Source: Nitrospinales bacterium (GTDB lineage Bacteria > Nitrospinota > Nitrospinia > Nitrospinales > VA-1). From it: a DNA stretch of 64,000 nucleotides. Under the pieces are notes generated by a model. That model ran no database searches. It was given only the letters and a program-made list of their open reading frames with translations, and was not told the origin of the DNA. The stretch spans positions 672,001 through 736,000 of the forward strand of contig CBDCWG010000012.1 in the NCBI GenBank assembly GCA_965223345.1, in the 5' to 3' direction. Made by a program: the position numbers and the translations under genes. The first letter of the stretch is position 1. Every line of letters starts with the position of its first letter. Of the stretch, positions 49,547 to 59,982 are shown piece after piece.

Positions 49547-50146
49547 TCAACCCTTTCGCTTATTGCATTTGAACGCCGTTTCGGATTCCCAGGTGATGGC
49601 CAGATAATCCGGGAGCTTGGTGTTCTTATCGATGAAGGCGGATTGAAGTTGCGCGCAGTCGAGATTGAGCGCTTGGCTGAGATCGGCGTCCAGAAGATCC
49701 GCCGCCCTGAGGATGGTTTCTTTGAGATCGGCGTTGGCGAAATTGGTTTCGATGAGGTTGGCGCGTCCGAGATCCGCCCCTTCCAGCTTGGCGCCGCGCA
49801 AGTCGGCTTTTTCGAGGGTCGTGCCGCGCAGGTTCGCCGCCTGCAAACGGGCGTGCGGCATCTTGGCGCCGCGCAGGTCGGCGCCGCGCAGGTTGGCGTG
49901 CTTCAGGTTTGCTTTCGTCAGGATCGCCGATTTCAGGTTGGCGTTCTGCAGGTTCGCGCCGCTCAAATCCGCACTATTGAGGTCGGCGCGCTGCATGTCC
50001 GTTCCCTGCAGGTTGGCCCGCCGCAGCGAGGCCCCGCTCAGGGAGGCTCCGTTCAAATCCATTTTTCTAAGGTCGGCGCCCCGGTGGGATTTTTTATACA
50101 GTTCCACATTGCGGCGGGTGAACTTCCATTTGTCTTTGGTTTTCAT
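49547..50146 (-). CDS. Pentapeptide repeat protein
   Basis: Long run of A(D/N)Lxx repeats. Confidence 0.92.
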   Translation of the reverse strand: MKTKDKWKFTRRNVELYKKSHRGADLRKMDLNGASLSGASLRRANLQGTDMQRADLNSADLSGANLQNANLKSAILTKANLKHANLRGADLRGAKMPHARLQAANLRGTTLEKADLRGAKLEGADLGRANLIETNFANADLKETILRAADLLDADLSQALNLDCAQLQSAFIDKNTKLPDYLAITWESETAFKCNKRKG

Positions 50147-50215
50147 TTCCGCGACAGCCCCTGAAAGTTGATGAATGCCCCGCTTATTTTAGGCGGGGCC
50201 TGCAAAAATGAAAAT

Positions 50216-50257
50216 AAAAAAAGGGGACCAGGAGGTTGACTCTCCTGATCCCCTTTT
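50216..50257. terminator. Intrinsic terminator (probably bidirectional) downstream of the His-rich gene
   Basis: A7-GGGGACCAGGAG-loop-CTCCTGATCCCC-TTTT. Confidence 0.75.
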
Positions 50258-50375
50258 GCAGCCGAGATCAACGAATTCACGTTTTCACGATGAAACTACA
50301 TTGTCCTGTCCTTGACAACAAGCTTTCCGGCTGGCAAAGAATGCAACCGATCGCGCTGGCTGCGCTCTCGATGGC

Positions 50376-50846
50376 TCAATGACGATGGCCAAACCGGCCC
50401 CGGATGTGATGCCCCCGGTGATGACCGAAATGCCGTTTGTGGCCAAAGCCCCTGCGGAAGTGTTTGTGTCCACTGCGATGGCCAAAATGCCGGTGCAGAT
50501 GCGGGCGATGATGGTGGTGATGGCGGATGCCGTGGCGGTGCTTGCCGTAGTATCCGTAAAAACCCCTGGAATACCCTCTGTAGTAGGGGCGTCCGAAACC
50601 GCCATAGTAGTAGCCGCCGTAGGGGCGGTACCCGCGATGATGCCGTTTGAATCCGTAGCCGCCTCTATAATGAACGGGCGCGGGATACACGTGTGTGTGG
50701 CTGGGGGTTTCGATGATGATGTCGAACGCGCCACTGGATGAGCTGACGATAAGACCGGGACCCGCCGGGTGCGGATGCGCTTGCGCTTGTGCGCTCATCA
50801 AAAACACGCTGAAACCGGCTATTAGGATGATGGCTGATTTTTTCAT
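50376..50846 (-). CDS. Secreted His/Gly/Arg/Tyr-rich low-complexity protein
   Basis: ATG at 50846 with GAGGAGG RBS; signal peptide MKKSAIILIAGFSVFLMSAQAQA; perfect sigma70 promoter upstream and terminator downstream. Confidence 0.8.
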   Translation of the reverse strand: MKKSAIILIAGFSVFLMSAQAQAHPHPAGPGLIVSSSSGAFDIIIETPSHTHVYPAPVHYRGGYGFKRHHRGYRPYGGYYYGGFGRPYYRGYSRGFYGYYGKHRHGIRHHHHHRPHLHRHFGHRSGHKHFRRGFGHKRHFGHHRGHHIRGRFGHRH

Positions 50847-50918
50847 GTGAGGTCCTCCTCGCGTAGGACAGAATATTTCTGGCCGAAATAGTTGCAAAAC
50901 CCCCCAGTGGATTTTATA

Positions 50919-50947
50919 ATTATATATAGATATAATTTTAATGTCAA
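50919..50947 (-). promoter_or_regulatory. Perfect consensus sigma70 promoter
   Basis: Minus strand TTGACA (50947-50942)-N17-TATAAT (50924-50919). Confidence 0.85.
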
Positions 50948-51109
50948 TATTGCTATAAGTTTTTTTTGTATTTATAATCGCAAAGGAATTTCTCAATAAG
51001 CGTTTTAAAATTATTGAGTTATCCTGTTTGCAGGCCGGATCCCTCCAAAAAAACTTTACGGCGAACCGCCGTGCGGAATATTGCATTGTTACCGGGAATC
51101 CTATAAATT

Positions 51110-51562
51110 TTGTCCACTTTTGAGCGGCTTTCTATGTCTGTTAAACTCAACATGAAACTGAAATACAATAGGGAACAGCGCCGGGAATACCTTTTCATGA
51201 TCGACCGGATCGGTGTGAACTGGATCGATGTGTTTCATGGTGATCCCGAGTTTTACTCTGCGGCGTACTGGGATCTGTTGACGGCGATCTGGAAGAACGA
51301 CCGGCCGGTCCGTAAGACCGATGCCCTCAAATTCATGAAGGCGATCAAGAGCGCTCAGACCGCAGGAAAATATCTCGAGACCGCTATCGAAAAGGGGTTT
51401 CTGGTCGAGCAGGACAATCCGAAGGACGCACGCTCCAAACTGGTGGTGCTTTCCGCGGACATGAGGCAGCGGCTGGATGAGTTTTTCGATCTCTCGGTGA
51501 TGGAGGTGCGCAAAGCCAATCAGCAGATCATGGCCAAGGGGCCTCTACCGGAAGAACCCTGA
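51110..51562 (+). CDS. Winged-helix (MarR-like) protein; start uncertain
   Basis: SAQTAGKYLETAIEKGFLVEQDNPKDARSKLVVLS matches the MarR wing D-x-R motif. Confidence 0.7.
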   Translation: MSTFERLSMSVKLNMKLKYNREQRREYLFMIDRIGVNWIDVFHGDPEFYSAAYWDLLTAIWKNDRPVRKTDALKFMKAIKSAQTAGKYLETAIEKGFLVEQDNPKDARSKLVVLSADMRQRLDEFFDLSVMEVRKANQQIMAKGPLPEEP

Positions 51563-51681
51563 CCCCTTTTTTTGTTTCGCACCGTTGCTTCGATTTTACA
51601 TTCGTATTCCCGCACATCGCTCCGCTTTTTTCCGATCCTGTATCGATTCCAGAAAATCCACGCGCAGATCCGGCACGACAA

Positions 51682-52764
51682 TCAACTCGTCTTTCCATCC
51701 TGAAGAAAAAAAGCACCGGTCGGCGTTTTGAAAAATTCGTTCAGCGGTATGGCTTCCTGTTTCACAAAACCCTTCTCGGGGAGTTTCCCGATAGCGGCCA
51801 TTTTTATGATCGAGCACAGGGAAGCGGCGGTGGTCCAGGAAATCGCCTTCCATTCCGTTCCTGCAATTTTTTTGGGATAAAAGCTGCGAACGTATTCATC
51901 CCGGCTCAAGTCCCTCCCCTTCCAGCCTTCGACCGCAGCGTGGACGTACACCACGTCGTCGTTCACCGGCGGCTTGGCGTGCACCAGGATTTTCCCCGCT
52001 TCGCTGCGGTTTTCTCGCATGAACAGTTCGTCGAAGAAAAAGCGCATCAGTTTGCAGTGGCCGGGATAGCGGATGGTCTTGTAGTTCAGGCGGTCTACAT
52101 TGTTCTCAAAGGTCTCGCACATGGTGCCCAATCCGCCTGAGGTGGTGAACGCTTCCAACTGCACCCCTTCGATCACGATGGTTTCGAGACTTTCCATGGA
52201 AGGAACTTTGGCTTTGATTCCATCCCGTATCACCTCGCAGTCGTTGAGGTACTCGTTGACCACGCCTTCGGGAGACCAGTTGAACGCGTAACCCAAAAGC
52301 CCTCTCGGATGCTGCGGCAGCGCCCCCACCCTGAGTTCGATGCTCCGGAGTTTGTCGAATTTTTTGGTGAGGTGGGCGCCGACCAGCGCGATGAAGCCCG
52401 GGGCCAGCCCGCATTGCGGCGCCATGATTCCGCGCGAGGTCTGCGATAATTTTTTGATTTCCTCGGTGGTCGGAACGTCTTCCGTGAGATCGAAATAATG
52501 GCAGCCCGCCGCATGCGCCAGCTTGGCGACCGCGATGTTGAGCCAGTAAGGGAGGCAACTGGCCACGGCATCGTGTTTTTCCAGGCTGCTTTTGAGAAAA
52601 CGCTCGTCCGTCACATCCCCCTGAACGGTTGCAAAGCCCGGCTCACCGGCGAAACTCTTGTCGATGCCGGTCACCTGAAAGCCGTTTTGATGCAGCAGCG
52701 AAGCGACCAGCGTCCCCACTTTTCCCAGGCCGATCACCAGAACGGAATTGATTTTTTTCTGCAT
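51682..52764 (-). CDS. Saccharopine dehydrogenase / lysine 6-dehydrogenase family protein
   Basis: Rossmann GLGKVG, HYFDLTED, CGLAPG, WSPEGVVNEY, EAFTTSGG and YKTIRYPGH motifs. Confidence 0.9.
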   Translation of the reverse strand: MQKKINSVLVIGLGKVGTLVASLLHQNGFQVTGIDKSFAGEPGFATVQGDVTDERFLKSSLEKHDAVASCLPYWLNIAVAKLAHAAGCHYFDLTEDVPTTEEIKKLSQTSRGIMAPQCGLAPGFIALVGAHLTKKFDKLRSIELRVGALPQHPRGLLGYAFNWSPEGVVNEYLNDCEVIRDGIKAKVPSMESLETIVIEGVQLEAFTTSGGLGTMCETFENNVDRLNYKTIRYPGHCKLMRFFFDELFMRENRSEAGKILVHAKPPVNDDVVYVHAAVEGWKGRDLSRDEYVRSFYPKKIAGTEWKAISWTTAASLCSIIKMAAIGKLPEKGFVKQEAIPLNEFFKTPTGAFFLQDGKTS

Positions 52765-53451
52765 ACTCTCCTCCTCGGTAACGGTTCTGACCCATTCTAC
52801 AATGAATCCCCTCTATTGATATCGGCCGGTGTTTTGAGGGCGTGATTTTCCTTTGCGTTCGGAATGTTCTGGAGTAAGCTCGAAGTATGTAAAAGATTTA
52901 CGCGGCATTTCCCGATAAAGACCGGGCCGTCCGCCCGGTGCGGATGAGCGGACGGATCCCACCTGCGATCGCTTGAATCGAGACGCTTTGTTTGTGTTCA
53001 ATGAGGCAAAATTTTTAATTTTGCTCGAACTCATATTGATAACGCCAATACGGACGATTGTTTTTTTGCGGCGTTCCCGATCTCCCTCCTGAACGGATTT
53101 TTCCATTCCTTTTTTCACGCATCACTCACTCGCTTTGCGCGTTCCTGGGCGGCTGTAAGGGCTGAAAAATCACAGCGCTTGTTGGAAGGCCCTTCAGAGG
53201 CGGCCGGTTCTTTCCTCATCGGGTGAGGGGGTAACCCTTTCAGAAATATCCTCTTTCCAAACGAAAGGGCCGCTGCGCGGCTTTTTGTTCGGAGTGGCGT
53301 AAGCCATTGTTCGGGATCGCTTTGGCCGCGTTTCCGGCGGGTTTTATATCGGATGCCCGAACAGGCTAAATTTTATTTTTATCTTCGGGCTTCGAGATTG
53401 ACATTGGAAAGAAAATATTAGTAAGCTGATTTTCCCCTGCATGGTTTTTTC

Positions 53452-53471
53452 TTTGTGATTTAGATCACAAA
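53452..53471. promoter_or_regulatory. CRP/FNR-family binding site
   Basis: TTTGTGA-TTTAGA-TCACAAA = perfect TGTGA-N6-TCACA palindrome about 150 nt upstream of the glycan operon. Confidence 0.75.
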
Positions 53472-53622
53472 CTCTTGTGACCTAAACCCTATTCCTTTCG
53501 CAGATAGAATCTTAAGTTAGTGAAAAAATCACATCTGATTTTGACTTCTTGGGCCAAAATTAACAGTTAATTTTGGTGGGGGTGGTTTATCCACAATCAG
53601 TTATTCATGGAGAAGGTTTGTT

Positions 53623-56103
53623 ATGTCTCGCGCAAAAATGTCCAGCAAAACAGGGGCACGCCCGGAAGTAAGAGGCAAGTTTATTTTTTTGGGGGATCAA
53701 AAGCTTTGGATACGGGGGGTGACCTACGGAACCTTCAGGCCCGGGGAGGACGGCACCCAGTTTCCAAACCCTGAAACCGCAGAGCGGGATTTTGCGGAAA
53801 TGTCGGCGAACGGCATCAATGCGATTCGTGTTTATACACTTCCATCACAATGGCTTTTGGATCTGGCGTGGCGCTACGGATTGAGAGTCATGGTGGGGGT
53901 CTGGTGGCCGCAAAACGTGGCTTTTCTGGATGATAAGAAACAGACAAAAAAAATCATTCAGGAATGGCGGGAAGCGATTCGCAAATGCAACCAGCATCCG
54001 GCGATCCTCTGCTACTGCATCGGCAACGAGATTTCCGCCTCGATCGTGCGCTGGTATGGCAAGAATCGGGTCGAAGCGTTCATCGAACAGATGTATCTCG
54101 CCGGTAAAGCGGAAGACCCCAAGGGGTTGTTTACTTATGTCAATTTCCCTTCCACCGAATACCTGGAACTGCCGTTTCTCGATCTGGTTTGTTTCAATAT
54201 TTATCTGGAATCTCCTGAAAAGTATAAAAGTTATCTGGCCCGGCTGCAGAACATCGCCGATGAGCGTCCGCTGGTGATCGCGGAACTGGGACTGGACAGC
54301 CGCACCAACGGCGAGGAAGTTCAGGCCCAGAGCCTCGACTGGCAGGTGCGCGCCACCTACGCCGCCGGCTGCGCCGGTGCGTTTGTTTTCGCCTGGACCG
54401 ATGAATGGCATTGCGGCGGCGCGGATATCGAAGACTGGGATTTCGGCCTGACGACGCGGGAGCGCCAACCCAAACCGGCTTTGGCCACGGTGCGCCGGGC
54501 GTTCGATGAGGTTTCCTTTCAACCCAACCTGCCCTGGCCGCGGATTTCCGTCGTCGTGTGCAGCCTCAACGGGGCGCGCACCATACGGGATACGCTGGAA
54601 GGCCTCAAGAATCTGGAATATCCCGACTATGAGGTGATTGTCGTCAACGACGGCTCCACGGACGCCACCCCGGACATCGCGAGCGAATACAACGTGCGTC
54701 TGATCAGCACGGAAAACCGCGGATTGAGCAACGCCCGCAACACCGGGCTGGAAATGGCGACCGGAGAGATCGTCGCCTACATCGACGACGACGCCTATCC
54801 GGATCCGCACTGGCTGAAGTACCTGGCCACCACCTTCATGTCGACGTCTTACGTCGGCGTCGGCGGTCCCAACATCGCGCCGCCCGGAGACGGGTTGGTT
54901 GCGGATTGTGTGGCGAACGCACCGGGAGGGCCCACCCACGTGCTGTTGTCGGATCAGGAGGCGGAGCACATTCCCGGGTGCAACAAGGCGTTCCGCAAGG
55001 AAGCGCTGGAAGCGATCGGCGGCTTCGACCCGAGATACCGCGCTGCAGGGGACGACGTGGACATCTGCTGGCGCTTGCAGGACAAAGGCTGGAAGATCGG
55101 TTTCAACGCCGCCGCCGTGGTCTGGCATCATTGCCGCAACGAGGTCAAAACCTATTGGAAACAGCAGCAGGGCTACGGCAAGGCCGAAGCGTTGCTGGAA
55201 GAGAAGTGGCCGGAAAAATACAGCGCCGCCGGACACCTGTCCTGGTCGGGCCGTATTTACGGCAAAGGGCTCACGCAGCCGGTGAGCGGCGGCAACTGGA
55301 GAGTCTATCAGGGAACCTGGGGGTCGGCCCTGTTTCAATCGCTGTACCAGACGGCGCCCGGAACCATCATGTCGCTGCCGCTGATGCCGGAATGGTATCT
55401 CATGGTCGTCCTGTTCTCGGTGCTTTCCTTCATCGGCATCTGGTGGTCGCCGCTGCTTTTTGCTCTGCCGCTTGCGGTGATTTCCATGGCGATTCCGGTG
55501 ATCCAGGCGGTGCGCAGTGCGCGGCGGGCTTCGTTCCCGACGCCTTCGAAATCTCGCTGGGAACGGTTTAAAAAATATGCTGTCACGACCGCACTGCATC
55601 TCATCCAACCCATGGCGCGGCTCATCGGCCGGCTGCGTTTCGGGCTGACCCCCTGGCGCATCCGTGGGGTGTCGGGATTCATGGTGCCCTGGCGGCGCGT
55701 GTACACGATCTGGAGCGAAACCTGGAATGCGCCGCACACGCTGCTCACTTCCGTAGAGAGTTCTTTGCGCAAACAGAACGCACCGGTGTTCCGCGGTGGC
55801 AACTTCAACCCGTGGGATCTGGAAGTCCGCGGCGGCCTGTGCGGTTCGGTGCGCATGCTCATGGCGATCGAAGAGCATGGCTGGGGCAAGCAGCTCATCC
55901 GCTTCCGCTCCTGGCCGAAATGCTCCAAGCTGGCTCTGGGTCTTGCGGTTCTGTTCGGCGTGCTCACGGTGTGGGCGGGGATCGACGGAGCCTGGGGCGC
56001 CTGCGTTCTGCTCGGCGTGATCACACTCGGCATCGTGCTGCGAATGTTTCGCGAATGCGCGCACGCCGCGGCGACGCTCACCTACACCTTGAAACAGAGT
56101 TGA
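53623..56103 (+). CDS. Fused clan GH-A (GH2-like) TIM barrel + GT2 glycosyltransferase + C-terminal TM helices
   Basis: GINAIRVY, acid/base IGNE and nucleophile VIAELG; GT2 ISVVVC, VNDGSTD, YIDDDA, GDDVD, QQQGYG; hydrophobic C-terminus. Confidence 0.9.
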   Translation: MSRAKMSSKTGARPEVRGKFIFLGDQKLWIRGVTYGTFRPGEDGTQFPNPETAERDFAEMSANGINAIRVYTLPSQWLLDLAWRYGLRVMVGVWWPQNVAFLDDKKQTKKIIQEWREAIRKCNQHPAILCYCIGNEISASIVRWYGKNRVEAFIEQMYLAGKAEDPKGLFTYVNFPSTEYLELPFLDLVCFNIYLESPEKYKSYLARLQNIADERPLVIAELGLDSRTNGEEVQAQSLDWQVRATYAAGCAGAFVFAWTDEWHCGGADIEDWDFGLTTRERQPKPALATVRRAFDEVSFQPNLPWPRISVVVCSLNGARTIRDTLEGLKNLEYPDYEVIVVNDGSTDATPDIASEYNVRLISTENRGLSNARNTGLEMATGEIVAYIDDDAYPDPHWLKYLATTFMSTSYVGVGGPNIAPPGDGLVADCVANAPGGPTHVLLSDQEAEHIPGCNKAFRKEALEAIGGFDPRYRAAGDDVDICWRLQDKGWKIGFNAAAVVWHHCRNEVKTYWKQQQGYGKAEALLEEKWPEKYSAAGHLSWSGRIYGKGLTQPVSGGNWRVYQGTWGSALFQSLYQTAPGTIMSLPLMPEWYLMVVLFSVLSFIGIWWSPLLFALPLAVISMAIPVIQAVRSARRASFPTPSKSRWERFKKYAVTTALHLIQPMARLIGRLRFGLTPWRIRGVSGFMVPWRRVYTIWSETWNAPHTLLTSVESSLRKQNAPVFRGGNFNPWDLEVRGGLCGSVRMLMAIEEHGWGKQLIRFRSWPKCSKLALGLAVLFGVLTVWAGIDGAWGACVLLGVITLGIVLRMFRECAHAAATLTYTLKQS

Positions 56104-56114
56104 ACGGGTTGAAC

Positions 56115-57887
56115 ATGAACGCCCCCAAATACTCCGACCTTGCGGTGTTCCGCCGCATCTTCGCTCAGGCGCGACCTTACTGGTCGCAACTGGCGGCGAT
56201 CTTTCTGCTGGGACTGCTGGCGGCGCCGCTCGCCCTGCTTCTGCCTGTGCCGTTGAAGATCGCGGTGGACAGCGTGCTCGGCTCGGCTCCGATGCCGGCG
56301 GTGCTGGAGTTTTTCATTCCCGATGCCATCGAAAGCTCTCCGGCCGCGCTGCTGGTTCTGGTCGTGGTTTTGCAGGTTCTGGTGGTTCTCGTTTACCATT
56401 TGCATTCGCTGGGCAGTTACGTGTTTCAAACGTACACAGGCGAACGCATGACGCTCAATTTCCGCGAGACCCTGTTCCGCCATCTGCAACGGCTTTCGTT
56501 TCTGTTCCACGATTCGCGGGGCACGGCGGATTCGATCTACCGCATTCAGTACGACGCGCCCTCGATTCAGTACCTGACCATTTTCGGGTTGATTCCCTTC
56601 GTTTCCGCGGTGGCGATGCTGGTGGCGATGATCTACGTCACGGCGCAGATCAACCTGCAACTGGCTCTCATCGCCCTGGGCGTCTGTCCGTTTCTGTTTG
56701 TGATGTGCCACCTGTACAACCTGAGGATGCGCGACCGCTACAGTGATTTTAAAAACATGGAAAGCCGCGTTCTCAATATCGTTCAGGAGGTGATGAGCGC
56801 GGTGCGGGTGGTGAAGGCGTTCGGCAGGGAAAAATGCGAGGAGCAGCGCTTTGTCCGGCAGTCGCAAAAGACGCTGAATGCGCGGGTGAAACTTTCGTTC
56901 GCGGAAGGCATGCTGGGACTCATCGTCAATCTTGTGATCGGCGGCGGCACCGCGGCGGTGCTTTTCATCGGCGTGAAGAGTGTGCAGAGCGGCGTGCTGA
57001 CGCTGGGCGAGCTGCTGTTGGTGATGGCCTACATCACGCAGCTTTACGGCCCCCTGGAGACCATCAGCAACAACGTGGCGAAGCTGCAGGATTCGCTTGC
57101 CAGCGCCCGGCGCGCTTTCGACCTGATGGATGAAATCCCGGATGTCGTCGAGCGGCCCGATGCGCTGCCGATCGAGCGAGCGCGCGGCGAAGTGGAAGTG
57201 CGGGACGTTTCTTTCAGCTACAACGGCGGTCCCGATGTGTTGCGTTCCGTTTCTTTACAGATCCCACCGGGCACCCGGGTGGGCATTCTGGGACCGACGG
57301 GGGTCGGGAAGACCACGCTGGTGAGTCTTTTGACCCGGTTTTACGATCCGGTGCGCGGGCAAATTCTGCTCGACGGAGAAGACCTGCGCAATTACAAGAT
57401 CGCGGATCTGCGCAATCAGTTTTCCATCGTGCTGCAGGAGCCGGTGCTGTTCTCGACCACGATTCAGGAAAACATCGCTTACGGACGGCCGCAGGCGAGC
57501 AAAAGTGAAATCATCGCGGCGGCGGAGGCGGCCAACGCGCACGGGTTCATCAAACAGCTTGCCGATGGCTACGAGACCTTGGTGGGGGAACGCGGCATGC
57601 GTCTGTCCGGAGGCGAGCGGCAGAGAATCGCTCTGGCACGGGCGTTTCTCAAGGACGCACCGCTTCTCATTCTGGACGAGCCGACCAGCTCCGTGGACAA
57701 CCGGACGGAAGCGGGAATCATGCAAGCGGTCGAGCATCTGATGCAGGAGCGCACCACGTTCATGATCGCGCATCGTCTCAGCACGTTGGATGCCTGCGAC
57801 ATGCTGATCGAAATCCGTCCCGGTGGAAAACTGAACATCCGCTCGCGGGATTCCGTTTCCATCGGTCAGGAAGACCCGGCGGTCTGA
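56115..57887 (+). CDS. ABC exporter, fused TM + ATP-binding (MsbA/MdlB-like)
   Basis: TM domain, Walker A GPTGVGKTT, LSGGERQR, ILDEPTS and IAHRLST. Confidence 0.95.
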   Translation: MNAPKYSDLAVFRRIFAQARPYWSQLAAIFLLGLLAAPLALLLPVPLKIAVDSVLGSAPMPAVLEFFIPDAIESSPAALLVLVVVLQVLVVLVYHLHSLGSYVFQTYTGERMTLNFRETLFRHLQRLSFLFHDSRGTADSIYRIQYDAPSIQYLTIFGLIPFVSAVAMLVAMIYVTAQINLQLALIALGVCPFLFVMCHLYNLRMRDRYSDFKNMESRVLNIVQEVMSAVRVVKAFGREKCEEQRFVRQSQKTLNARVKLSFAEGMLGLIVNLVIGGGTAAVLFIGVKSVQSGVLTLGELLLVMAYITQLYGPLETISNNVAKLQDSLASARRAFDLMDEIPDVVERPDALPIERARGEVEVRDVSFSYNGGPDVLRSVSLQIPPGTRVGILGPTGVGKTTLVSLLTRFYDPVRGQILLDGEDLRNYKIADLRNQFSIVLQEPVLFSTTIQENIAYGRPQASKSEIIAAAEAANAHGFIKQLADGYETLVGERGMRLSGGERQRIALARAFLKDAPLLILDEPTSSVDNRTEAGIMQAVEHLMQERTTFMIAHRLSTLDACDMLIEIRPGGKLNIRSRDSVSIGQEDPAV

Positions 57888-57914
57888 AGAAAAACTGGAA
57901 AAATATCACTTGAG

Positions 57915-59132
57915 GTGAGACCTGTGACACGCAACGAAATCTATCCCAAAGCCGATCGGGGAAAAATCATCGTCTGGGGATTTCTTGCTTCCTACCCGTT
58001 CGGCGGCATGACCTGGCAGGTGCTGCATCATCTGGTGGGGTTTCGGCGTCTGGGGTTCGATGTCTGGTATGTCGAGGACTCCAACAACCTGATCTTTGAT
58101 CCGGACACCTGGAATCCGGTGGAGGACCCGCTCACGAACCTGAAATACCTGCGGGAAAAGATGGAGGAGATCGGGTTTGAAAACCGCTGGGCGTTTCGGC
58201 CGCCCAAATACAACTCCAACGTTCCGGAGGAGGTCTGCTACGGGGCTCTCGACCTCGACGGGCTGAAAAAGCTTTATAAGGAAGTGGACGCGGTTTTCAA
58301 TCTTTGCGGATCGCACCATCTGCGGCCGGATCAGGAAGGCATCCGTTGCCTGGCCTACCTGCAGACCGACCCGGTCGTGCCGCAGATCGAGGTCGCCGAA
58401 GGCAACCGCGACGTCATCCGCGAATTCGACGCCTACGATTATCTGTTTTCCTACGGCGAGAACCTGGGCAACACGGATTGCCTGGTGCCGGTGAAAAAGC
58501 ACGACTGGCTGCCCACTCGGCCGCCCGTCTGCCTGGACTGGTGGGACTGCAATGGCTCTCCCGTACCGGAGAAAAAGCTCACGACCATCTCGAACTGGCG
58601 CAACCTGGGAAAAGACGTGGTGTGGAAGGGAGAGACGTATTTCTGGAGGAAGGACCTGGAGTTCAAGCGCTTCGCCGACCTTCCGGTGAAATCCGCGCTT
58701 CAGATCGAACTGGCTCTGGAGGGGATCAAGGACAAGGAAGCCGAATGGATGCGGGACAAGGGCTGGAAGATCGTTTCCGCACGCGGCATGCGCGAACCCT
58801 CCGATTACCGCGATTACATCCGCACTTCTTCCGGCGAGTTCACGGTCGCGAAGGACCAGAACATCCGCTTGCGCAGCGGCTGGTTCAGCGACCGCAGCGT
58901 GTGCTATCTGGCGGCGGGAAGGCCGGTCGTCTCGCAGGACACGGCATTCGGGAAATTCGTTCCCACCGGAGAAGGCTTGTTTTCCTTTGCGAACATGGAG
59001 GAGATCGTGCAAGCGGTGGACGCCATTCAATCGGATTATAAAAAACAGAGCCGGGCGGCCAAGGAAATCGCCCGCGAGTACTTCAGCACCGACAAGGTAT
59101 TGGGAAAGGTGCTGGATGTGATGGGGCTGTAG
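57915..59132 (+). CDS. Putative GT-B fold glycosyltransferase
   Basis: GGMTWQVLHHLVGFRRLGFDVWYVE N-terminus; C-terminal SGWFSDRSVCYLAAGRPVVSQDT; in a glycan operon. Confidence 0.75.
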   Translation: MRPVTRNEIYPKADRGKIIVWGFLASYPFGGMTWQVLHHLVGFRRLGFDVWYVEDSNNLIFDPDTWNPVEDPLTNLKYLREKMEEIGFENRWAFRPPKYNSNVPEEVCYGALDLDGLKKLYKEVDAVFNLCGSHHLRPDQEGIRCLAYLQTDPVVPQIEVAEGNRDVIREFDAYDYLFSYGENLGNTDCLVPVKKHDWLPTRPPVCLDWWDCNGSPVPEKKLTTISNWRNLGKDVVWKGETYFWRKDLEFKRFADLPVKSALQIELALEGIKDKEAEWMRDKGWKIVSARGMREPSDYRDYIRTSSGEFTVAKDQNIRLRSGWFSDRSVCYLAAGRPVVSQDTAFGKFVPTGEGLFSFANMEEIVQAVDAIQSDYKKQSRAAKEIAREYFSTDKVLGKVLDVMGL

Positions 59133-59140
59133 AAAAAAGC

Positions 59141-59851
59141 ATGATGCAACGGCGCAAAGTGATCGTCAATGCCGACGATTTCGGTTTGAGTCCTTCGGTC
59201 AACCGGGGGATCATTGAAGGCTACGAGCGGGGCATCGTCTGTAGCGCCAGTCTCATGGTGCGCTGGCCCGCTGTGGTTCAAGCCGCAGCCTACGCGAAAA
59301 AAAATCCGGACCTGTGTCTGGGGCTTCATGTCGATCTGCAGGAAGCGCTGTTTCGCAACGGCAGGTGGTCGGTGCTGTACCGTGTGGTTCCCTGGAGGGA
59401 CCGGCAGGCGGTGAAGAAGGAACTGGTTCGGCAGATTCAGCTGTTTCGCCGGTTTGTCGGCCGCGAACCTTCCCATATCGATTCGCACCAGCACATCCAT
59501 CTGCGCGAACCGGTGCGATCGGTTTTCATCGAAACGGCGCAGCGCATGGGGGTTCCTCTCCGCCATTTCAGTCCCGGAATTCAGTATTGCGGAAAGTTTT
59601 ATGGCAAATCGAATCAGGGCGGCGGTTTCGGCAACGGTATTCGAAGGACCAACCTGGTCACCATCATGAAATCTCTGCCGCCGGGTTTGACCGAGCTGGC
59701 CTGCCATCCTGGCAAAGGCGCGGGGCTTAGGAAATTGAGAACGATCTACCGATTCGAGCGCGAACAGGAACTCAAAGTGTTGTGCGACCCGAGAATCGCG
59801 TCCGCGATGAAGGGCATGGGAATCGAACTGGCTTCGTTTCGCTCCATCTAA
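59141..59851 (+). CDS. ChbG/HpnK (YdjC) family carbohydrate deacetylase
   Basis: IVNADDFGLS, GLHVD, HIDSHQHIH and ELACHPG motifs. Confidence 0.93.
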   Translation: MMQRRKVIVNADDFGLSPSVNRGIIEGYERGIVCSASLMVRWPAVVQAAAYAKKNPDLCLGLHVDLQEALFRNGRWSVLYRVVPWRDRQAVKKELVRQIQLFRRFVGREPSHIDSHQHIHLREPVRSVFIETAQRMGVPLRHFSPGIQYCGKFYGKSNQGGGFGNGIRRTNLVTIMKSLPPGLTELACHPGKGAGLRKLRTIYRFEREQELKVLCDPRIASAMKGMGIELASFRSI

Positions 59852-59982
59852 TTAACAAATTCAGATTCACAACGACGGGCCGTCATCTCAACAGGGTGTG
59901 CTTATCTCCATTGAGATCGCCCGCGGTCAGGAATTGAATTCGAGCTTTTCATCCTGAACCCTCTCTTTACAAAGGAGACAGG

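Noticed and set aside
49120..50146. 15-bp periodic DNA repeats
   Set aside because: Simply the coding pattern of pentapeptide repeat proteins.
52765..53450. Long intergenic region with ORF 52813-53118; possible lysine or c-di-GMP riboswitch
   Set aside because: The ORF has no recognisable features, and I could not find riboswitch consensus motifs on the appropriate strand by eye; an Rfam scan would be needed.
53845..56064. 739-aa minus-strand ORF (likewise 40596-42533 and 35967-37514)
   Set aside because: Antisense shadows of well-supported plus-strand genes.
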